This document shows, piece by piece, positions 58,191-64,000 of a stretch of DNA of 64,000 nt. Positions within the stretch are counted from its first letter, which is position 1. The number at the start of each line of letters is the position of its first letter. The notes under the pieces are model-generated. The model was not told the DNA's origin, did not search any database, and worked only from the letters and a program-made list of their open reading frames with translations. Origin of the DNA: an uncultured virus (IMG/VR IMGVR_UViG_3300031689_000528). Taxonomy: Duplodnaviria > Heunggongvirae > Uroviricota > Caudoviricetes. The stretch lies in IMG/VR virus record IMGVR_UViG_3300031689_000528. One strand, 5' to 3'. The position numbers were made by a program, and so were the translations under genes.

Positions 58191-59240
58191 ATGCCGACTA
58201 TAAACTTTCCGAGTGGACCATCACTCAACGATTCTTACAATCTAGGTACTCGTACTTGGAAGTGGAATGGTGAGGCATGGGCTTTACAACCACTTACAGG
58301 TGGATTTACAGGTTCAGCAGGTGCGATTGGTTACACTGGTTCAACAGGTGCCATTGCGCCTTTGACTATAGATACAACAAACGATAGAGTTGGTATTAAT
58401 CAAACATCTCCAAGCGTAGCATTAGATGTAGTTGGTGGTATCAAAGCTACTGGTAAGATAGAGACAGGCGATACAGAATTAAATAGCGGATCAAAAAGTA
58501 TTATTAATACAGGCACCTCAAATTTGCAAATTGACGGTAGTTCCAATGGAGCTAGACTCTATATTAGAAATGGAGGCGTTGAAGGATTTTCAGCAGGATC
58601 GGAAGGCGGTCAAGGACACGGTTCAATGTCTTTACGAGGTCAACAAGTATTTGTAGGTGGTAATGGTGGTAAAGGTTTTGCAATAGGTAGAAGTGTTTCG
58701 TGGTCCGATGTTAACAGTCAGGCTAGTGGAGAAGATGATCTTTACTTAAAAGGTGATGTTAAAGTATCAGGTAGTTTAAGAGTTGTTGATGATGTAACTT
58801 TATCAAACAATAAAAAAGTAATATTTGGTGACGCTGGAGAAAACATTTTAGGTGATGGAACAAATTTAACTATTGCTTCAAGTGGTAATGCTATTATAGA
58901 CGCTACAAGTTCAATTAATTTAGACTATGGTAGTGTTGGTAATATTAATTTAAAAGACGATGGAACAAAATTTGCTTCATTTGGAAACAACTCTGGACAT
59001 TTCAATATAGACGCTGCTATACAAGATAAAGATATATCATTCAGAGGTAATGATGGTGGTTCATCAGTTACAGCATTAACTTTAGATATGTCAGATAATG
59101 GGGCTGCAACATTTAGTGGTGGAATATCTATCACAAATGGTGCCTTAACATTGTCTAGCGGAGTTAGTAACTCAACAAGTATTGTAATTAAAAATTCAAG
59201 TGGTACTGTATTAAAAACTATGTATGGAACGACAAGTTAA
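58191..59240 (+). CDS. Tail-fibre-like protein
   Basis: Same N-domain as 55983; RVGINQTSPSVALDV fibre motif; IKNSSG C-terminus. Confidence 0.72.
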   Translation: MPTINFPSGPSLNDSYNLGTRTWKWNGEAWALQPLTGGFTGSAGAIGYTGSTGAIAPLTIDTTNDRVGINQTSPSVALDVVGGIKATGKIETGDTELNSGSKSIINTGTSNLQIDGSSNGARLYIRNGGVEGFSAGSEGGQGHGSMSLRGQQVFVGGNGGKGFAIGRSVSWSDVNSQASGEDDLYLKGDVKVSGSLRVVDDVTLSNNKKVIFGDAGENILGDGTNLTIASSGNAIIDATSSINLDYGSVGNINLKDDGTKFASFGNNSGHFNIDAAIQDKDISFRGNDGGSSVTALTLDMSDNGAATFSGGISITNGALTLSSGVSNSTSIVIKNSSGTVLKTMYGTTS

Positions 59241-59259
59241 TTAGAGGATAAATAGAATT

Positions 59260-60066
59260 ATGGCACAACCAACAACTAGAGAAACATTAAAAGACTATGC
59301 TTTAAGAGCACTAGGTCAACCTGTTATAGAAATTAACGTTGACAATGATCAACTAGAAGATAGACTAGATGAAGCTTTACAGTTTTATTCTCAATATCAT
59401 TATGACGCTATTAGAAGAACATATTTAAAGTATCAATATACACAAGCAGATTATGACAGAGTTACTACTAATGCAAGTGAATCTATAACTAAAGAAGGAG
59501 TAACTACTTCTTGGAAAGAAAGTCAAAACTTTATAGTTGTTCCTGAAACTGTTATTGCAGTTACAAATATTTTTCCTTTTTCAAGTAAAGGTACTCTTAA
59601 TTTATTTGATGTAAGATACCAAATGAGATTAAATGATCTATATGATTTTTCTTCAACATCGGTAGTTAACTATGATCTCGTAATGAGACAATTAGATTTT
59701 TTAGATCATATTTTAGTTGGTGAAAAACCTTTAAGATTTAACATAAACGATAACAGACTATACATTGACATGGACTGGAAAAACGATTTACAAGTTGGTG
59801 AATTTCTTGTAATAGACTGTTATAGAAAATTAGATCCAGCAACTCATACAGACGTATTCAATGACCAATGGTTAAAAAGATATGTAGTTGCTTTATTTAA
59901 AAAACAATGGGGAGCAAACCTATCTAAATTTAATGGTGTTACTATGATTGGTGGTGTCTCACTTAACGGACAACAATTATATTCAGAGGCAATCACAGAC
60001 GTTGATAAACTAGAAACAGAAATTAGAAACGCATTTGAAATAGCCCCAGCATTTTTGATAGGTTAA
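59260..60066 (+). CDS. gp13: Neck protein gp13
   Basis: PTTRETLKDYALRALGQPVIEINV, WLKRY, KKQWGANLSKF and GGVSLNG motifs. Confidence 0.93.
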   Translation: MAQPTTRETLKDYALRALGQPVIEINVDNDQLEDRLDEALQFYSQYHYDAIRRTYLKYQYTQADYDRVTTNASESITKEGVTTSWKESQNFIVVPETVIAVTNIFPFSSKGTLNLFDVRYQMRLNDLYDFSSTSVVNYDLVMRQLDFLDHILVGEKPLRFNINDNRLYIDMDWKNDLQVGEFLVIDCYRKLDPATHTDVFNDQWLKRYVVALFKKQWGANLSKFNGVTMIGGVSLNGQQLYSEAITDVDKLETEIRNAFEIAPAFLIG

Positions 60067-60070
60067 ACTT

Positions 60071-60877
60071 ATGGTAATAATGAATCCATATTTTCAACAC
60101 GGAGATGGCATCGGTAATTCTGCCGAGAAATACCTGTATGAAGATTTAATCATAGAAGGACTAAAAATATATGGTAACTTAATCTACTATATGCCAAGAG
60201 AAATGGTAAATAGAGATTTAGTTTTAGGTGAAGATGTAAGTAGTAATTTTAAAAACGCATTACCAATAGAAATGTATTTTGAAACTACTGAAGGATTTGC
60301 AGGTCAACAAGAGTTGATTAATAAATTTGGATTAGAAATAAGAGAAGATACAACACTTGTTGTTTCTAAAAGAAGATTCCATAACAAAATAGATACTAGG
60401 GTTGCATTGGGAACACCAGGCAGACCTAACGAAGGAGATATATTATTCTTTCCTTTGATGAACAGTTTTTTTGAAATTCAATTTGTAGAAGATCAGGAAC
60501 CTTTCTTTCAATTAGGAAGTTTACCTGTTTATAAATTAAGAGTAACACGTTGGGAATATGCAAATGAATCAATTGATACAGGTTTAAAAGATATTGATAA
60601 GAGAGAAGGAGAAAATTCTGTTAATCTATTAGTAGACAGAATACCTTTAGAAGATGATCTAGGTTCATTAAGATTAGAGACAGATGATATTTCTTCAGGT
60701 AATGCTAACTTCTTATTAAACGAAGAATACAACGCAGCTACAACAACAGTACAGACTCAATCCGACTATGCACAGAATTTAGATTTAGATACGGCTGCCG
60801 GATTTGATACTGAATCAGTAACAGACGATGTACTAGATTTCACAGAAAGAAATCCATTTGGAGAGGTAGACATTTAA
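60071..60877 (+). CDS. gp14: Neck protein gp14
   Basis: NPYF, EDLIIEGLKIYG, RPNEGDILFFP, FFQLG and DFTERNPFGE motifs. Confidence 0.92.
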   Translation: MVIMNPYFQHGDGIGNSAEKYLYEDLIIEGLKIYGNLIYYMPREMVNRDLVLGEDVSSNFKNALPIEMYFETTEGFAGQQELINKFGLEIREDTTLVVSKRRFHNKIDTRVALGTPGRPNEGDILFFPLMNSFFEIQFVEDQEPFFQLGSLPVYKLRVTRWEYANESIDTGLKDIDKREGENSVNLLVDRIPLEDDLGSLRLETDDISSGNANFLLNEEYNAATTTVQTQSDYAQNLDLDTAAGFDTESVTDDVLDFTERNPFGEVDI

Positions 60878-61056
60878 TGGAAAGAGATAGACATAGACAA
60901 TTGCGTGAACACGCTAATAAAGTTCAAAGAGAAAAAAAAGAAATGGAACTATCAAGAGTTTTAAAAAAAGAAGTAGTTTCTGGTGCTAATGGCACACAAG
61001 ACTATATAATTAAAGAAGGACCTAATAAAGGTAAAATAGCAGATAAAGGACAATAA
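60877..61056 (+). CDS. 59-aa hypothetical protein (not in ORF track)
   Basis: MERDRHRQLREHANKVQ...GANGTQDYIIKEGPNKGKIADKGQ*; TAATG-coupled to both gp14 and gp15. Confidence 0.7.
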   Translation: MERDRHRQLREHANKVQREKKEMELSRVLKKEVVSGANGTQDYIIKEGPNKGKIADKGQ

Positions 61057-62000
61057 TGTTTGGAACACCGTTTTATAACGAAGGATTAAGAAAGATCATT
61101 ATCTCTTTTGGACAATTGTTTAACAACATTGTTATAGAGAATAAGAGTAGTGACGGTGCTATATTGAAAAGAATAAAAGTACCTTTAGCATATGCACCTA
61201 AAGAAAAGTTTTTAGTTCGTTTAGATGAACAAGCAAATTTAGAAGATAGATCAATGGCAATTACGTTGCCTAGAATAGGTTTTGAAATATCAGGATTACA
61301 ATATGATCCTGCAAGAAAATTGACAAGAGTACAAAAATTTATGAAGCCTCAAGTTGATTTAAGTAGAGCAGAGTCGAGTGCTTTACTAGATAAAGTATTT
61401 TTAGAAGATGACACTGGTTCTGTTTTACTTGAACAAACAAACAAGATTACAGGTAACGCAGAATATGTATTGAACGAAACAGCAAATCCAGCAAGTAAGT
61501 CAACTAAAAAAAATAGTTATAACTATGTTCCTGTTCCGTACAATATTAGTTTAAACGTTTATGCCTTTACAGCAACTGCTGAAAATGGTTTACAAATTAT
61601 AGAACAAATACTACCTTTCTTTCAACCTGATTATACAGTTACAGTAAATGTACTACCACAATTAGGTATTAAAAGAGACGTACCAATAATTCTTAACTCT
61701 ATTAACTATGAAGACAGTTATTCAGGTGACTTTACTTCACGTAGAGCGGTTATATACACAATGAATTTTACTGCTAAAACATACTTGTTTGGTCCTACGA
61801 CTAGTCAAGGTGTTATTAAAACAGTACAAGCAGATTTATATACAGACAGTGATCCAGCAACTGCTAAGAGAGAAGAAAGAATAGTAATTCAACCAAATCC
61901 ATTATCGGCTGACGCTAATGATGATTTTGGATTTACAACAACAATAACAAATTTTACAGATGGAAAAAAATATAACCCAGCAACTGATAGTGATGAATAA
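61056..62000 (+). CDS. gp15: Tail sheath stabiliser/terminator gp15
   Basis: FGQLFNNI, KVPLAYAPKEKFL, TLPRIGFE, PVPYN, QIIEQILPFFQP and FTAKTYLFGP motifs. Confidence 0.92.
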   Translation: MFGTPFYNEGLRKIIISFGQLFNNIVIENKSSDGAILKRIKVPLAYAPKEKFLVRLDEQANLEDRSMAITLPRIGFEISGLQYDPARKLTRVQKFMKPQVDLSRAESSALLDKVFLEDDTGSVLLEQTNKITGNAEYVLNETANPASKSTKKNSYNYVPVPYNISLNVYAFTATAENGLQIIEQILPFFQPDYTVTVNVLPQLGIKRDVPIILNSINYEDSYSGDFTSRRAVIYTMNFTAKTYLFGPTTSQGVIKTVQADLYTDSDPATAKREERIVIQPNPLSADANDDFGFTTTITNFTDGKKYNPATDSDE

Positions 62001-62002
62001 TT

Positions 62003-62476
62003 ATGACAAAATTAGAAGACAAGGTTAACGACATATTAGGAATTGAATCATCTTCTACAGAAATTGTAGAGAAGAAAGAATTTACACCAGTTGTACCTAG
62101 AGTTGAAGATAAAAATAAAGAAGATATAGATAACGACTACAAATACAGTAGAGAAAGTTATTTCAATTTAATAGAAAAAGGTCAAGAAGCTATTCAAGGC
62201 ATATTAGATATCGCAGCTGAGGGTCAACACCCTAGAGCATACGAAGTTGTAGGTCAATTAATAGGTCAAGTAGGTGCAACAGTTGATAAACTACAAGACT
62301 TACAAAAGAAACTTAAAGACCTTAAAGAGGTACCTAAAAGTGCCACGTCTAATATTAAAAATGCATTGTTTGTAGGTTCAACTGCTGAATTACAAAAGAT
62401 GTTAAAAGGAGATCATGTTGAAACTGTTGAAAGCAAAAACATCACACCCGAAAAAGATAGTACTAAAGATAAGTGA
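62003..62476 (+). CDS. gp16: Terminase small subunit gp16
   Basis: DYKYSRE, HPRAYEV and ALFVGSTAELQKML motifs. Confidence 0.9.
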   Translation: MTKLEDKVNDILGIESSSTEIVEKKEFTPVVPRVEDKNKEDIDNDYKYSRESYFNLIEKGQEAIQGILDIAAEGQHPRAYEVVGQLIGQVGATVDKLQDLQKKLKDLKEVPKSATSNIKNALFVGSTAELQKMLKGDHVETVESKNITPEKDSTKDK

Positions 62477-62708
62477 TTTAACTTATCTTAAATCTCACGG
62501 CGTACCATTAAAAGAATTATTAGAGGGTCAAGAATTAATTGATCCTATACAAGTTAATAAGCATAAAATAAGTCCAGTTACTAGATACGGAGTTAACGGA
62601 AACATATATATGGAAAAGGAGTGGAGTGTACATAAAGGCAATCAAAGAGTGAAAGCTGCAATACAATTAGGTTACACACACATAGAGGCAATAGTAATAA
62701 ATGAGTGA
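62415..62708 (+). CDS. Small ParB/Srx-like domain protein, putative
   Basis: LIDPIQV...VHKGNQRVKAAIQLGYTHIEA resembles the ParB-like GxxR motif. Confidence 0.5.
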   Translation: MLKLLKAKTSHPKKIVLKISDLTYLKSHGVPLKELLEGQELIDPIQVNKHKISPVTRYGVNGNIYMEKEWSVHKGNQRVKAAIQLGYTHIEAIVINE

Positions 62709-64000
62709 CGCATATTTAGGAAACCCAAATTTAAAAAAGATTAACACACCTGTTGATTTTTCTAGAGATCAGATAGTAGAATACCAAAAGTGTGCCGGTA
62801 ATCCTGTATACTTTATGGAAAAATATATACAGATCGTATCACTTGATGAGGGTCTAGTACCATTTAAGATGTATCCTTTTCAGAGAGATATTGTAAAGAC
62901 CATACACGATAATAGATTTACTATATGTAAACTACCAAGACAATCAGGAAAATCTACAACAACTATTTCTTATCTATTGCATTATGCATTATTTAATCCA
63001 AACTCTAACATAGCCATACTTGCAAACAAAAGTTCTACTGCTAGAGATATATTAGGTAGACTGCAACTTGCATATGAGAACTTACCAAAATGGTTACAAC
63101 AAGGTGTAATAAACTGGAACAAAGGTAATATAGAATTAGAAAATAAATCTACCATTGTTGCAGCCGCTACTTCTTCAAGTGCTATTCGGGGTGGTTCATT
63201 TAATATTATCTTTCTTGATGAGTTTGCTTTCGTACCTACTAACATTGCCGAAATGTTTTTTAGTTCAGTTTATCCTACAATTTCTGCTGGTACAAAAACT
63301 AAAATGATTATAGTATCCACACCTTATGGTATGAACATGTACTATAAGATTTGGACAGACGCAATTAATAAAAAAAATGATTACATTCCTATTGAAGTAC
63401 ATTGGAGTGAAGTACCAGGTCGTGATGATAAATGGAAAGAACAAACAATACGTAACACAAGTGAGGAACAATTTCAACAAGAGTTTGAGTGTGAGTTTTT
63501 AGGTTCTGTAAATACATTAATATCGGCATCAAAAATTAAATCAACACCTTACATAACACCTTTAAAGTCGGCTCAAGGTGTGGATATATTTGAAGAACCT
63601 ATTAAAGGACATACTTATCTTGCTACAGTAGATGTTTCAAGAGGAGTTGATAAAGACTTTTCCGCCTTTATTGTATTTGATGTTACAAGTATGCCTTATA
63701 AGATTGTATGTAAATATAAGAGTAACGAAATTAAACCTTTTGTTTTTCCTAATATAATATCTAAAGTATGTAAAGGATATAATGAAGCACATATACTAAC
63801 AGAGGTTAATGACATAGGTCAACAAGTTGCAGAAGCTTTGCAATACGAAATTGAATATGGTAACATATTGATGACTACTCAAAAAGGTCGTGCTGGACAA
63901 ATATTAGGTGCGATGTATAGTGGTAGAGGATCATCTTTAGGTGTTCGTATGACCAAGGCAACCAAAAGAATAGGTTGTTCCAATATTAAGACATTAATAG
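62701..64000 (+). CDS. gp17: Terminase large subunit gp17 (3'-truncated; absent from ORF track)
   Basis: MSDAYLGNPNLK start; PRQSGKST Walker A; AILANK; IFLDEFAF Walker B; IVSTPYG; QEFECEFLGS; DVSRG nuclease motif. Confidence 0.95.
   Translation, partial: MSDAYLGNPNLKKINTPVDFSRDQIVEYQKCAGNPVYFMEKYIQIVSLDEGLVPFKMYPFQRDIVKTIHDNRFTICKLPRQSGKSTTTISYLLHYALFNPNSNIAILANKSSTARDILGRLQLAYENLPKWLQQGVINWNKGNIELENKSTIVAAATSSSAIRGGSFNIIFLDEFAFVPTNIAEMFFSSVYPTISAGTKTKMIIVSTPYGMNMYYKIWTDAINKKNDYIPIEVHWSEVPGRDDKWKEQTIRNTSEEQFQQEFECEFLGSVNTLISASKIKSTPYITPLKSAQGVDIFEEPIKGHTYLATVDVSRGVDKDFSAFIVFDVTSMPYKIVCKYKSNEIKPFVFPNIISKVCKGYNEAHILTEVNDIGQQVAEALQYEIEYGNILMTTQKGRAGQILGAMYSGRGSSLGVRMTKATKRIGCSNIKTLI

Noticed and set aside
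52258..59240. Diversity-generating retroelement acting on the fibres
   Set aside because: No reverse transcriptase or adenine-specific TR/VR repeat pair was seen.
62701..64000. Intron or intein in the terminase large subunit
   Set aside because: Motifs appear in the expected order and spacing up to the window end; its absence from the ORF track is explained by truncation.
1..64000. tRNA or rRNA genes
   Set aside because: No cloverleaf or T-loop signature was recognised in the few intergenic gaps; a tRNAscan-SE/Infernal run would be needed to exclude them formally.

Overview
AT-rich (roughly 30% GC by eye) segment of a T4-like myovirus genome, most similar in style to marine T4-like phages such as pelagiphages and cyanophages; the host is inferred, not shown. 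The window spans the virion morphogenesis region: gp4, gp48, gp53, hub, gp5, PAAR, gp25, gp6, gp7, gp8, a VrlC-like protein, fibres, gp13, gp14, gp15, gp16 and the 5' part of gp17. Many T4 late-promoter boxes (TATAAATA) precede these genes. A ~24 kb enzyme island (28110-52141) and a small satellite module (8439-11076) interrupt the structural genes. Together they encode six radical SAM proteins (three split into separate radical SAM and SPASM-like genes), Fe-S assembly proteins (IscA, SufT/DUF59), paired nitroreductases, paired SGNH-like proteins, a carbamoyltransferase, methyltransferases, a DegT aminotransferase, a QueC-like ATPase and several glycosyltransferases. The most notable element is a B12-dependent-type radical SAM gene directly abutting a BtuB-like TonB-dependent receptor and a small DUF6580/S-component-like membrane protein. 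This looks like a phage-encoded cobalamin uptake-and-use module under late control. The island sits head-to-head with Ser/Thr/Lys-rich collagen-like fibre genes, suggesting (inference) a cofactor-self-sufficient virion or cell-surface decoration pathway. No tRNA, rRNA, CRISPR array or mobile element was recognised.
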